Source: Nitrospirota bacterium (GTDB lineage Bacteria; Nitrospirota; Thermodesulfovibrionia; Thermodesulfovibrionales; Dissulfurispiraceae). From it: DNA of 64,000 bases. The position numbers and the translations under genes are program-made. The DNA is taken from contig JBFMCP010000001.1 of NCBI GenBank assembly GCA_040754455.1, forward strand, positions 215,720 to 279,719. The letters run 5' to 3'. The notes below the pieces were generated by a model that was not told the origin of the DNA, made no database searches, and was given only the letters and a program-made list of their open reading frames with translations. Positions 29,841 through 39,643 of this stretch are shown one piece after another (position 1 is the stretch's first letter; every line of letters starts with the position of its first letter).

Positions 29841-30698
29841 ATGCACGATTTTTCCTTCAATAAGGTAGCCATCCTGGGCGTCGGCCTCATCGGTGCATCC
29901 TGCGCCCTTGCGCTCAAAGAGAAAGGCTTGTGCAGGACCGTTGTCGGCTACGGCAGGAGAGAGGAGCATCTGCAGCAGGCAAAAGAGCGGGCGATTATCG
30001 ACGCCTACAGCCTGGACAGCCGCAAGGCCTGCAGAGATGCCGATCTCGTGATACTCGCTACGCCGGTCGGCCTGTTCACCGGCCTCGTCGAACAGATACA
30101 CGGCAGTCTGAAAAAAGGAGCGCTCGTGACCGATGTGGGGAGCGTAAAAGGTACTCTGGTACAGGAGCTCGAAGTGCTCATGCCCGACGGCGTGCACTAC
30201 GTCGGCGCTCATCCCATTGCAGGAGGAGACAGCTCAGGCATTGGCGAGGCGCGGGCAGACCTCTTCAGTGAAGCCCTTTGCATCGTTACGCCGACAAGGC
30301 GCACCGACCCGGGCGCCACCGAAAAGATCATTACGCTCTGGAAACAGATAGGCGCGAAAGTTGAGCTTCTGGATCCCGAACGGCATGATGAAATCTATGC
30401 AGCGGTGAGCCACCTGCCCCATATCGTCGCCTACGCCCTTGTCAATACCGTCGGGGATATCAATGCAGAATACCTCACCTATGCAGGGCAGGGCTTCAAG
30501 GATACAACGCGCATCGCCCTGAGTTCTCCCGAAATGTGGAGAGACATTGCGATCCTGAACAGAGAGAATCTCGTCCGGCTGATCGAAATGATACGCGATA
30601 ATCTTGAACACATGAGAAATTGCATTGATACCATGGACGCCTCGTGCATAGACCAGGAATTTAATAAGGCGCAGGCATTACGGAAGAAGCTGAAATAA
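29841..30698 (+). CDS. tyrA: Prephenate/arogenate dehydrogenase
   Basis: GVGLIGAS, TDVGSVK, HPIAG, HDEIYAAVSHLPH, GFKDTTRIA. Confidence 0.93.
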   Translation: MHDFSFNKVAILGVGLIGASCALALKEKGLCRTVVGYGRREEHLQQAKERAIIDAYSLDSRKACRDADLVILATPVGLFTGLVEQIHGSLKKGALVTDVGSVKGTLVQELEVLMPDGVHYVGAHPIAGGDSSGIGEARADLFSEALCIVTPTRRTDPGATEKIITLWKQIGAKVELLDPERHDEIYAAVSHLPHIVAYALVNTVGDINAEYLTYAGQGFKDTTRIALSSPEMWRDIAILNRENLVRLIEMIRDNLEHMRNCIDTMDASCIDQEFNKAQALRKKLK

Positions 30699-30702
30699 AA
30701 GA

Positions 30703-30726
30703 CGGTGAATGGGTGAATCGGTGAAT
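30703..30726 (+). repeat. Octamer tandem repeat (CGGTGAAT x3) containing the aroA ATG
   Basis: CGGTGAAT GGGTGAAT CGGTGAAT; same unit at 485-500 and 53611-53645. Confidence 0.7.
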
Positions 30727-32016
30727 AGAGGGAAAATAGAACTGAAAAAGGTTAAAAGCTTAAAAGGTGAGATCACTCCTCCACCCGATAAATCCATTTC
30801 CCATAGATCGATCATGTTCGCTTCTTTGGCTGAAGGAAAAAGCGTCGTGCGTAACTTCCTCCGCGCAGAGGACCCGATCAGCACCATGAATGCCTTCAGG
30901 ATGCTGGGGATCGACGTTCAGGACAACGGCAAAGAGGTCGTCATCCACGGGAACGGCCCTCGCGGTCTCAGGGAACCGTTTGATGTGATCAACTGTGGCA
31001 ACTCCGGAACAACGGTGCGGCTCATTGCGGGCATCCTCGCCGGCAATCCGTTCTTCTCAGCGCTCACCGGCGACGACTCACTGAAACAGCGGCCTATGGC
31101 TCGGGTCATCAATCCCCTGAAAGAAATGGGGGCAATCATTAACGGAAGAGCGGGCAACAAGTATCTGCCCATTGCCATCCAGGGAGGCAATCTCAAGGCG
31201 ATCCGGTATACCATGCCGATGTCTTCCGCACAGGTGAAGTCGTGCCTCATCCTTGCCGGCCTCTATGCAGGGGGCAAAACAGTAATTACCGAGCCCTATA
31301 AATCACGCGATCATACCGAGCGGATGCTCAAGGCGATGGGAGCATTGATCGAAGTGAATAATCTCTCGGTAAGCATCAAGGGCGGCTCGCCGCTCAGGGC
31401 CATCGAGGTCGATGTTCCGGCGGACTTCTCGTCAGCCGCCTTCTTTATCGTTGCCGCCCTCCTCGTCCCCGGCTCGGAGGTGATGATCAGGAACGTGGGA
31501 ATGAACCCCACGAGAACCGGCCTCCTCGACGTCATAAAAAATATGGGCGCATCGGTTGAACTGCTCAACCGCAGAGAGGTGTCCGGAGAGCCCGTTGCCG
31601 ATCTCTACTGCACAACAGCCGGAACTCTCAAGGCAACGACCATCAGCAAGGAAATGATCCCCTCGCTCATCGACGAATTTCCCATCCTCTGCGTTCTGGT
31701 GACCCAGGCCGAAGGGGTTACCAACGTACGGGGAGCGGAAGAGCTCCGCGTAAAAGAGTCGGACAGGATCAAGGCCATGGCAACGGAGCTGAAAAAGCTC
31801 GGCGTGGAGCTCGAAGAATATCCCGACGGCATTGCGATAAAAGGAAAGGCCTCATTGAAAGGCAGCACTGTCGAAAGCTACGGCGACCACCGCATCGCCA
31901 TGTCCCTCGCCGTCGCCTCACTGATTGCAGAAGGAACCATGACCATCAACGATGCCGCCTGCGTCGATATTTCGTTCCCCGGATTCTTCGAACAATTGAA
32001 AACACTCTGCCGGTAG
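30709..32016 (+). CDS. aroA: EPSP synthase
   Basis: DKSISHR, CGNSGTT, SSAQVKS, RDHTERM, RVKESDRI, DHRIAM. Confidence 0.96.
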   Translation: MGESVNRGKIELKKVKSLKGEITPPPDKSISHRSIMFASLAEGKSVVRNFLRAEDPISTMNAFRMLGIDVQDNGKEVVIHGNGPRGLREPFDVINCGNSGTTVRLIAGILAGNPFFSALTGDDSLKQRPMARVINPLKEMGAIINGRAGNKYLPIAIQGGNLKAIRYTMPMSSAQVKSCLILAGLYAGGKTVITEPYKSRDHTERMLKAMGALIEVNNLSVSIKGGSPLRAIEVDVPADFSSAAFFIVAALLVPGSEVMIRNVGMNPTRTGLLDVIKNMGASVELLNRREVSGEPVADLYCTTAGTLKATTISKEMIPSLIDEFPILCVLVTQAEGVTNVRGAEELRVKESDRIKAMATELKKLGVELEEYPDGIAIKGKASLKGSTVESYGDHRIAMSLAVASLIAEGTMTINDAACVDISFPGFFEQLKTLCR

Positions 32017-32027
32017 GCACTCTCGCG

Positions 32028-32450
32028 TCACAACCACCCTATCCTCTTCTCCGCCTTCAACTCCCGCTCCCGCTCGAAGACGAATGTGGTGATGATGTCT
32101 CTTATTTTTTCATCAACAGAAATCCACTGTAGTGCTACCCTGCGGGTACGGTGAGGGGTGTCGACACGCACGACCTCTCCACAGGCTACAATGATGCCTC
32201 TCTGCGTTTTCAAATGCATCTTAATTTCTATGATATCGCCGAGCGTGTAATGCTCCTCGGTCTCGAAAGCTATTCCCGCGCCGCTGATATCGACTCTTTT
32301 ACGCACCTTGTCATTCAGTGAATGACGGTGGTCGTGCGCGATGACGTGCCAGCGGCACGACTCTTTCTTTTCGGGCGGCACGAAACGGGTCTTCAAAGGG
32401 ATGTCGGCATATACCCTGAAGTACGCTCGTTTGTTTTTCTCGCTCTTCAT
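32028..32450 (-). CDS. Stand-alone PilZ-domain protein
   Basis: RAYFR (RxxxR) and DISGAG (DxSxxG) motifs. Confidence 0.8.
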   Translation of the reverse strand: MKSEKNKRAYFRVYADIPLKTRFVPPEKKESCRWHVIAHDHRHSLNDKVRKRVDISGAGIAFETEEHYTLGDIIEIKMHLKTQRGIIVACGEVVRVDTPHRTRRVALQWISVDEKIRDIITTFVFERERELKAEKRIGWL

Positions 32451-32594
32451 TGCTCCCGCCTTTTTCCGATATACAGTTATACCATAAAGCAGCCTTATGG
32501 TTAAAATCCACTGTAATATTTGCACTTTCTTGACTTTCATAGTATTCTTCTTTTATCTTGTCAGTTGCACTATTTTTCCTGAAAAGGGGGCGCT

Positions 32595-33365
32595 ATGAGC
32601 ACGGTAAAGATCGGTATTATCGGCGGTTCGGGAATGGATGACCCTCGTCTGATGAAGAATATAAAAGAGAAGAAGGTAAAGACACCTTACGGTGTCCCCT
32701 CTTCTCCCCTGACGGTCGGCAAGATCAACAGTGTCGATGTCGTGATACTCGCCCGCCACGGGAAAGACCATTCGATTTATCCTACGGGAGTGAACTTCAG
32801 GGCGAATATCCATGCTCTCAAGAAAGAGGGATGCACCCACATTCTCGCCACGACCGCCGTCGGCTCTCTGCGGGAAAAGATCAGGCCCGGCGATCTCGTC
32901 TTTGTCGACCAGTTCATCGACTTCACCAAGCACAGGCCGCTCACGTTTCACGATGAAAAGGTTATCCATACGCCGATGAGCGAGCCCTTTTGCAAAGAAC
33001 TCCGCTCCCTCCTCATCCGCTCGGCAAAAGAGCTGAAATTCAGGCATCATGCGAAGGGCACGGTGATCACCATAGAGGGTCCGCGCTTCTCGACCAAGGC
33101 CGAATCGCATATGTTCAGAGCATGGGGCGCAGATGTCATCAATATGTCGACCGTGCCTGAAGTCATTCTGGCACGCGAGGCCGGCATCTGCTACCAGGCG
33201 ATCGCCATGTCCACTGACTACGATTGCTGGAAGGAAGGCGAAGAGGCGGTCACCTGGGAGATGGTGCTCTCCATCATGTCGAAAAATGCGGAGAACGTTA
33301 AGAAGCTTCTCGTCGCAACGATTGCAAAGATAAAAGGAAGCGGCTGCACCGAATGCAAAGGATAA
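32595..33365 (+). CDS. mtnP: S-methyl-5'-thioadenosine phosphorylase
   Basis: [40 protein letters not shown]. Confidence 0.93.
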   Translation: MSTVKIGIIGGSGMDDPRLMKNIKEKKVKTPYGVPSSPLTVGKINSVDVVILARHGKDHSIYPTGVNFRANIHALKKEGCTHILATTAVGSLREKIRPGDLVFVDQFIDFTKHRPLTFHDEKVIHTPMSEPFCKELRSLLIRSAKELKFRHHAKGTVITIEGPRFSTKAESHMFRAWGADVINMSTVPEVILAREAGICYQAIAMSTDYDCWKEGEEAVTWEMVLSIMSKNAENVKKLLVATIAKIKGSGCTECKG

Positions 33366-33378
33366 CAGGAGGGTGTTC

Positions 33379-33912
33379 ATGACCATCAAATCAAAAATCA
33401 GAACCATCCCGGATTACCCCAAGAAAGGCATCATGTTCCGGGATATCACCACGCTCATTAAAGATCCCGTCGGCTTCAGGCTGGTGATCGATAACTTCAC
33501 ACAGCGTTATGTCACGGGAGATGTGCCATTCGATGTGATCGTCGGCATCGAGTCGAGGGGGTTCATTATAGGAGGCGCGCTTTCCTATACACTGGGGAAA
33601 GGCTTCGTGCCGGTGCGAAAGGCCGGCAAGCTTCCAGGAGAAAAGATTAGCCATGAATATGCCCTTGAATACGGCACCGATACCATCGAGATGCATAAAG
33701 ACTCGATACAGAACGGCACACGGGTGCTCCTGGTGGACGATCTGCTCGCGACCGGGGGGACGGCGCTTGCCTCCGCTGCTCTGATTGAAAAGCTGGGCGG
33801 CGTTGTATCTGAAATGGCGTTCATCGTTAATCTTCCCGATGTAGGTGGAGAAAAGCGCCTTGCCGAGAAAGGATATAAATTTTTCGCCCTGACCGAATTT
33901 GAGGGAGACTAA
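33379..33912 (+). CDS. apt: Adenine phosphoribosyltransferase
   Basis: PDYPKKGIMFRDITT, ESRGF, RKAGKLP, VDDLLATGGT. Confidence 0.95.
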   Translation: MTIKSKIRTIPDYPKKGIMFRDITTLIKDPVGFRLVIDNFTQRYVTGDVPFDVIVGIESRGFIIGGALSYTLGKGFVPVRKAGKLPGEKISHEYALEYGTDTIEMHKDSIQNGTRVLLVDDLLATGGTALASAALIEKLGGVVSEMAFIVNLPDVGGEKRLAEKGYKFFALTEFEGD

Positions 33913-33990
33913 AGAGAGATCAAAGATCAAAGAGAAAAATTTAAAGATGCGGAATCCCTTGTTTTTGATCTTTTCTCTTTTCATTTCGCT
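33912..33990. repeat. Heptamer tandem / inverted-arm element (AAAGATC family)
   Basis: AGAGATC AAAGATC AAAGAGA AAAATTT AAAGATG ... TTTTGAT CTTTTCT CTTTTCA. Confidence 0.6.
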
Positions 33991-33992
33991 TG

Positions 33993-34640
33993 ATGCATAA
34001 AGTCATTGCCATAGACGGGCCGTCGGGTTCCGGTAAAAGCACCATCACCAAGCTGCTGGCGGAGAAGCTGGGATTCCAGCTTCTCGATACCGGCGCGCTC
34101 TATCGCGCGGTCGCCTTGCACCTGCGGAGGCAGCAGGTAGAGCCCGAGAGCACGGATGCCGAGATCCGGGATAAGCTTGAAAACGTCTCGATTATCTTCA
34201 AGGAGGGAAAGGTGCTGCTGAACGGCGAGGATGTCTCTGAGGCGATACGAACCACCGAGGCGGGGCACTATGCGTCGGTCTTCTCCGCCCGGAAAGTGGT
34301 ACGGGACTTTCTCTTCCAGGTGCAGCGCGATGCCGCGCTCCACAGCGACATTGTGGCTGAAGGGAGGGACATGACCACCGTGGTGTTTCCCGATGCATGG
34401 AAAAAATTCTATCTCGATGCCTCTGAGGAGAGCAGGGCGAAAAGAAGGTACCAGCAATTGAAAGAAAAAGGGATTGCCACAACCATGGAGGAGGCGATTC
34501 GGGATGTCAGGGAAAGGGATATACGGGACAGCAAGAGGGATATCGCGCCCCTGAAAAGGGCGGAGGACGCGCTCTATATCGATACGACGAACCTGACGCC
34601 CGAGGAAGTGCTTTCGCTCATCCTCTCCTCTATCCGATAG
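33993..34640 (+). CDS. cmk: Cytidylate kinase
   Basis: IAIDGPSGSGKST, DTGALYR, EGRDMTTVVFP. Confidence 0.95.
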   Translation: MHKVIAIDGPSGSGKSTITKLLAEKLGFQLLDTGALYRAVALHLRRQQVEPESTDAEIRDKLENVSIIFKEGKVLLNGEDVSEAIRTTEAGHYASVFSARKVVRDFLFQVQRDAALHSDIVAEGRDMTTVVFPDAWKKFYLDASEESRAKRRYQQLKEKGIATTMEEAIRDVRERDIRDSKRDIAPLKRAEDALYIDTTNLTPEEVLSLILSSIR

Positions 34641-34811
34641 CTTTTTGTATCATACGGCAAAAAATAATATCTACTTTTCTCATAAAGTATTACAATTAAA
34701 ATAATGTCTTCATTTTGACAGCAGTCGACGTAAGGAGATAAATGGCCGCTCTCGCCAGGCCGGATGTATAAAGCCTTGAATAATAAATACAAAATCCTGT
34801 ATCCTAAAAAT

Positions 34812-35714
34812 ATGAGTAAACATATCACCATAATCACGGCAAAACGCGCAGGCTTCTGCTTTGGGGTCAAGAGGGCTGTTGATCTGGCCTTTGATGCTGC
34901 CAAAAGCGGCAATCAGGTATACACCCTCGGGCCGATCATCCATAATCCTCAAGTCATTGACAAGCTGAAGACCGAAGGCGTCAAACCTGTTGACAATATA
35001 AAAAACAATAGGATAAAGACGCTCATTATACGGACGCACGGCGTACCGCTGGAGGTATCGGAGCGTCTGACTGATGCGAAATATGAGGTCATCGATGCGA
35101 CCTGCCCTTTCGTGAAAAAGGCCCAGCAATATGCTAAACTTTTAAAGGAAGAGGGATATCAGGTTGTAATTATTGGGGATAAAGAGCATCCCGAGGTCAA
35201 GGGTCTCATGAGTTACGCCGGAGACGATGTCGTCGTCATCAACAAGGGCGATTCCCTTCCCCGGTTGAAAAGCAGGGTGGGAGTAATCGTCCAGACGACC
35301 CAGCCGGTAGCGCTGCTGAAGAAGACCATCCTCGATATCCTGGAGCTGGTCAAGGAGATTAAGGTCTACAACACTATTTGCAACTCTACGGCGTTACGGC
35401 TCAAGGAAACTGAGGATCTGGCAAAGCGTGTGGATGTGATGGTAGTTGTCGGCGGCAAGAACAGCGCAAACACCACGCAGCTTGCCAATCTCTGCATCTC
35501 CCGGAATGTTCCGACATACCACATCGAAACCGCATCGGAGCTGAAAGAAGAGTGGTTTCGAACCGCAACCACCGTCGGCATAACAGCAGGGGCATCGACG
35601 CCGGATTGGCTCATTCACGAGGTGGAAGGAAGAATCAGCGATATAGGAGGAAGGGCACGTAATGGAAACACAGACCAGAGAAGAAACAAAAGAACTCGAA
35701 AAGCTGTACGCTGA
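34812..35714 (+). CDS. ispH: 4-hydroxy-3-methylbut-2-enyl diphosphate reductase
   Basis: AGFCFGVKRA, DATCPFV, HPEV, TICNST, GITAGASTP. Confidence 0.95.
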   Translation: MSKHITIITAKRAGFCFGVKRAVDLAFDAAKSGNQVYTLGPIIHNPQVIDKLKTEGVKPVDNIKNNRIKTLIIRTHGVPLEVSERLTDAKYEVIDATCPFVKKAQQYAKLLKEEGYQVVIIGDKEHPEVKGLMSYAGDDVVVINKGDSLPRLKSRVGVIVQTTQPVALLKKTILDILELVKEIKVYNTICNSTALRLKETEDLAKRVDVMVVVGGKNSANTTQLANLCISRNVPTYHIETASELKEEWFRTATTVGITAGASTPDWLIHEVEGRISDIGGRARNGNTDQRRNKRTRKAVR

Positions 35715-37266
35715 GACACTGCAGCGGGTAGAGCGGGGAGCGCTCACCCGCGGGAGAGTTATTGCAGTCAAAAGCGACGGCGTTGTCGTCGATGTGGGGT
35801 ATAAGTCAGAAGGAATCATACCCGCCTCCGAATTCACTGATAAAGAGCTGGCAGAAATAAAAGAAGGCGATGTCGTCGAGGTCCTGGTCGAACGGATCAA
35901 TGACGAAGAAGGAGTGGTCGTCCTCTCCAAAGAGAAGGCGTTGAAGATACGCGCCCTCGAAACACTCACGGCCGCGTACAACAGCAACGCCCGCATCGAG
36001 GGGACCGTGCTCGAAAAGACAAAAGGAGGTCTCTTTGTCAATATCATGGGAATAAAGGCCTTTCTCCCCGCCTCCCAGATCGACATTAAGGGAGTGAAAG
36101 ACCTCGATGCCTATATCGGGCAGACGATACCGTTGAAGATACTCAAACTGGCGCAGCAGAAAGGCGCTCCAAGCCATGCCCCCGGCATATCGATCATCGT
36201 ATCTCGAAGGGCCATCATTGAGGAGGAGCGGAGCAAGAAAAAGGAAGAGACCCTCAAGGTCCTCATGGAAGGCGCCCTCCTCAAAGGCACGGTCAAGAAC
36301 ATAACGGACTACGGCGTCTTTGTCGACCTCGGCGGCATTGATGGATTGCTCCACATATCGGATATATCCTGGAGGAGAGTCAATCACCCTTCGGAGTTCT
36401 TCTCTATCGGCGATGAGGCGGAGTTCATCGTCCTCAAGTATGATCCTGAGACCGAGAAGGTCACCCTCGGGTACAAGCAAAAGATCGCCGACCCCTGGCT
36501 GACGGTCGATGAAAAGTATACACCCGGAATGAAGATCAAAGGCAAGGTGGTGACGATCACCGATTACGGCGTCTTCGTCGAGATCGAGGAAGGACTCGAG
36601 GGGCTGGTCCATGTATCCGAGCTGGATTGGGGTCCCCGTCTCAAGCACCCGTCAAAGTACGTTACTATCGGCGACGAGGTGGAAGCAGTCATCCTGAACA
36701 TCAACAAAGAAGAGCGGAGATTATCCCTCAGCATAAAGCAGCTTTCACCCAAGCCCTGGGAGCTCGTCGGCGAGCGGTACAAGGTTGGGGACAGGGTGAC
36801 CGGCAAGATAAAGACCATTACCGATTTCGGCGCCTTCATGAGACTTCCCGAAGGCGTCGACGGCCTGATTCATATCTCCGACCTCTCCTGGACCAAACAC
36901 ATAAAACATCCCTCCGAGGTGCTGAAGAAAGGACAGAAGGTCGATGCCGTCGTGCTCAGTCTCGATCCTGAAAAAGAGCGCATGGCCCTCGGCATAAAGC
37001 AGCTCACTCCCGATCCCTGGGAGAGAGAGATACCGGCAAAATTCAAGCTCGGCGAAGAGTTCAAGGGGAAAGTACTGAGGATCACCGATTTCGGCATCTT
37101 TGTTGAACTCGAAGGCAGCGTCGAGGGGCTCGTCTACTCATCTGAGATCGATGCTTCAAAAGAGATCAAGGAAGGTGACGAGATACGGGTCCGGATCATA
37201 AAGCTCAATGTAGAGGACAGGAAGATCGGCCTGAGTATGAAGAACCTGAAATCCAATGAGAGTTAA
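35662..37266 (+). CDS. rpsA: 30S ribosomal protein S1
   Basis: Repeated S1 domains (DYGVFVDLGGIDGLLHISD and others); SD AGGAGG. Confidence 0.96.
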   Translation: METQTREETKELEKLYAETLQRVERGALTRGRVIAVKSDGVVVDVGYKSEGIIPASEFTDKELAEIKEGDVVEVLVERINDEEGVVVLSKEKALKIRALETLTAAYNSNARIEGTVLEKTKGGLFVNIMGIKAFLPASQIDIKGVKDLDAYIGQTIPLKILKLAQQKGAPSHAPGISIIVSRRAIIEEERSKKKEETLKVLMEGALLKGTVKNITDYGVFVDLGGIDGLLHISDISWRRVNHPSEFFSIGDEAEFIVLKYDPETEKVTLGYKQKIADPWLTVDEKYTPGMKIKGKVVTITDYGVFVEIEEGLEGLVHVSELDWGPRLKHPSKYVTIGDEVEAVILNINKEERRLSLSIKQLSPKPWELVGERYKVGDRVTGKIKTITDFGAFMRLPEGVDGLIHISDLSWTKHIKHPSEVLKKGQKVDAVVLSLDPEKERMALGIKQLTPDPWEREIPAKFKLGEEFKGKVLRITDFGIFVELEGSVEGLVYSSEIDASKEIKEGDEIRVRIIKLNVEDRKIGLSMKNLKSNES

Positions 37267-38110
37267 GAAGACCTGCCTCTCCATAACGCTGTTCGTCATC
37301 GCCCTCCTCGTTGTGAGTGCGGTAATCGTCCTTTTTCAGAAGCAGGTGCCCCTGGGAGAGAAGGTTGCGCTGGTAAAGGTCGAAGGCCCCATACTCGAGG
37401 CGAAATCGGTGGTGGACGAGTTGAAGGAGTACGCAAAGGATTCCTCGATAAAGGCAGTTGTCCTGCGGGTCAACAGTCCCGGCGGAGGGGTGGTCCCCTC
37501 CCAGGAAATTCATGATGAGGTCAAGAGGACGGCCGCTGTTAAAAAAGTGATTGTCTCCATGGGGTCGGTCGCTGCCTCGGGCGGCTACTATATATCCGCG
37601 CCAGCGAGCAGGATCATCGCCAACCCGGGTACGATCACCGGCTCCATCGGTGTGATTATGGAGGTGCCCAACATCCAGGGGCTCATGGATAAGCTCGGTG
37701 TCAAGACCGAAGTCGTAAAGAGCGGGAGATATAAAGACATTGCCTCGGTCTTTAGAGGTGTCGGGAAAGAGGAACGGGAAATCCTCCAGGGCGTTATGGA
37801 CGATGTCCATGAACAGTTCATGAGAGCCGTAGCAGAAGGCAGGAAAATCCCGCTCGACGAGGTGAGGAAGATTGCCGACGGCAGGATCTTCTCAGGGCGG
37901 CAGGCGATCGAGGCAAAGCTCGTCGATGAGCTCGGCGATCTCGATCACGCAATAAAAACCGCTGCAAAGCTGACGGGGATAAAGGGTGAGCCGGAGGTCG
38001 TGACCAAAAAGGAAAAATCACCTCTTCTGGATCTGCTCCAGGGAAAGATCCAGGAAACGGTAACGAAAGTCGTCCCGAAGATAGAATTAAAATACATGTT
38101 TACATTGTAA
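37256..38110 (+). CDS. sppA: Signal peptide peptidase (S49)
   Basis: LRVNSPGG, AASGGYY, TGSIGV, ADGRIFSG. Confidence 0.92.
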   Translation: MRVKKTCLSITLFVIALLVVSAVIVLFQKQVPLGEKVALVKVEGPILEAKSVVDELKEYAKDSSIKAVVLRVNSPGGGVVPSQEIHDEVKRTAAVKKVIVSMGSVAASGGYYISAPASRIIANPGTITGSIGVIMEVPNIQGLMDKLGVKTEVVKSGRYKDIASVFRGVGKEEREILQGVMDDVHEQFMRAVAEGRKIPLDEVRKIADGRIFSGRQAIEAKLVDELGDLDHAIKTAAKLTGIKGEPEVVTKKEKSPLLDLLQGKIQETVTKVVPKIELKYMFTL

Positions 38111-38144
38111 CGATCCAACAAAACACATCATCTGGAGGAAAGGT

Positions 38145-38450
38145 ATGACAAAATCGGTACTCATTGAAAAGGTAACCGAAAAGGTTGAAGGGCTCACCAA
38201 AAAGCAGGTCGAAACCATCATCAATACGATTTTTGACGGCATGAAAGAGGCCCTTGCACGGGGGGAGAAGATAGAGATCAGGGGGTTCGGGAATTTCAGG
38301 ATCAAACAGCGGAATGCAAAGGTTGCGCGCAATCCGCGGACCGGGGAGAAAGTCGAGGTGCCGGCAAAAAGAGTGCTCCATTTCAAGCTCGGCAAACCGT
38401 TTCATGATGCGCTCAACATGCCTCAGGAGAAAGAGACGAGGCACGCATAG
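38145..38450 (+). CDS. ihfB: Integration host factor beta / HU family
   Basis: IEIRGFGNF, ARNPRTGE; position after rpsA-sppA. Confidence 0.85.
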   Translation: MTKSVLIEKVTEKVEGLTKKQVETIINTIFDGMKEALARGEKIEIRGFGNFRIKQRNAKVARNPRTGEKVEVPAKRVLHFKLGKPFHDALNMPQEKETRHA

Positions 38451-38482
38451 AAACCAGAATCCACCATCAACCCATGGGACTT

Positions 38483-38567
38483 GGCAAGAGGCTATGGGCG
38501 ATGGGCTATAGGTCAAAGAAACAGAGAAAAGATTTTTCCTACAGCCTATAGCCCATCGCCTTTTGCT
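38483..38567. repeat. Heptamer tandem / inverted-arm element (GGCTATG family)
   Basis: GGCAAGA GGCTATG GGCGATG GGCTATA ... CCTACAG CCTATAG CCCATCG CCTTTTG. Confidence 0.78.
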
Positions 38568-38631
38568 TGTTTCTCCTCTGTGTACTTTGTAGTTTGCTTT
38601 TTTGATGGTGAAGCCAGGCCGCACTGTATCA

Positions 38632-38661
38632 TTGACAACCCTTCGAGTAAACCCGTATCAT
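38632..38661 (+). promoter_or_regulatory. Sigma70-like promoter, probably giving a leaderless dppD mRNA
   Basis: TTGACA-N18-TATCAT, then 7 nt to ATG 38669. Confidence 0.55.
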
Positions 38662-38668
38662 GCTTACT

Positions 38669-39643
38669 ATGTCCTCGCTTCTCAGTATAGAGCATCTGTC
38701 GGTATTCTTTAAGACAGATACAGGCCTCTTGAACGTCATCGCCGATCTCTCCCTCGACATACAAAGAGCTGAAATCTTCGGCCTCGTCGGAGAGAGCGGC
38801 TGCGGCAAAAGCCTTACTGCCCTCTCTGTTCTGCGCCTGCTTCCTCCGAATGCGGTAGCGAAGGGAAATATCCTATTCGACGGCGACAACCTCCTCGCCC
38901 TCAGCGAAGACGAGATGCGGCAGATACGCGGCAGGGACATCTCGATGGTATTCCAGGAGCCCATGACCTCTCTCAACCCCGTACTTACTGTCGGCTACCA
39001 GATCGCAGAGGCCCTGACAACCCATCTCGATATATCAAAGAGAGAGGCGATGAACCGGGCCATAGAGCTCCTGCAGGCCGTAAAGATCCCCTCGCCCGAG
39101 GTGCGTATAAAGGATTACCCGCACCAGATGTCGGGAGGTATGCGCCAACGGGTGATGATCGCCATGGCGATAGCCTGTAATCCCTCCCTGCTCATTGCCG
39201 ATGAGCCGACCACCGCGCTCGATGTGACGATCCAGGCCCAGATACTTGAGCTCCTCCAGGGACTGAGGAGAGAAAGGAACATGGCGGTCCTGCTCATCAC
39301 CCATGACCTGAGCATCATTTCCGAGCACGCAGACCGCGTCGCCATCATGTATGCAGGAAGAATTATGGAACTCGCCGCTGTAGATGAGTTGTTCAGCAAC
39401 CCCCTTCACCCGTATACGATCGGCCTTCTGGAATCATTGCCCGTATCCAAAGGGACGCCGCTCAAGCCGATCACCGGGTTTGTGCCCCACCCCGACAGAC
39501 TGCCCGGCGGCTGCAAGTTCTCGGACCGGTGCTTTGCCGCTCTGGATGAATGCAGAAGGGCTGAACCGGATTTAACGGAAGCAGCAAAAAACCATTTTGT
39601 GAGATGTATACGATGGAACGATATACAAAAGAGCTGCTCTTAG
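38669..39643 (+). CDS. dppD: Oligo/dipeptide ABC transporter ATP-binding protein
   Basis: [35 protein letters not shown]-terminal Cys cluster. Confidence 0.9.
   Translation: MSSLLSIEHLSVFFKTDTGLLNVIADLSLDIQRAEIFGLVGESGCGKSLTALSVLRLLPPNAVAKGNILFDGDNLLALSEDEMRQIRGRDISMVFQEPMTSLNPVLTVGYQIAEALTTHLDISKREAMNRAIELLQAVKIPSPEVRIKDYPHQMSGGMRQRVMIAMAIACNPSLLIADEPTTALDVTIQAQILELLQGLRRERNMAVLLITHDLSIISEHADRVAIMYAGRIMELAAVDELFSNPLHPYTIGLLESLPVSKGTPLKPITGFVPHPDRLPGGCKFSDRCFAALDECRRAEPDLTEAAKNHFVRCIRWNDIQKSCS

Noticed and set aside
34742..34771. 9-codon uORF (MAALARPDV) with strong SD upstream of ispH
   Set aside because: Too short to support; no attenuator structure or regulatory codons seen.
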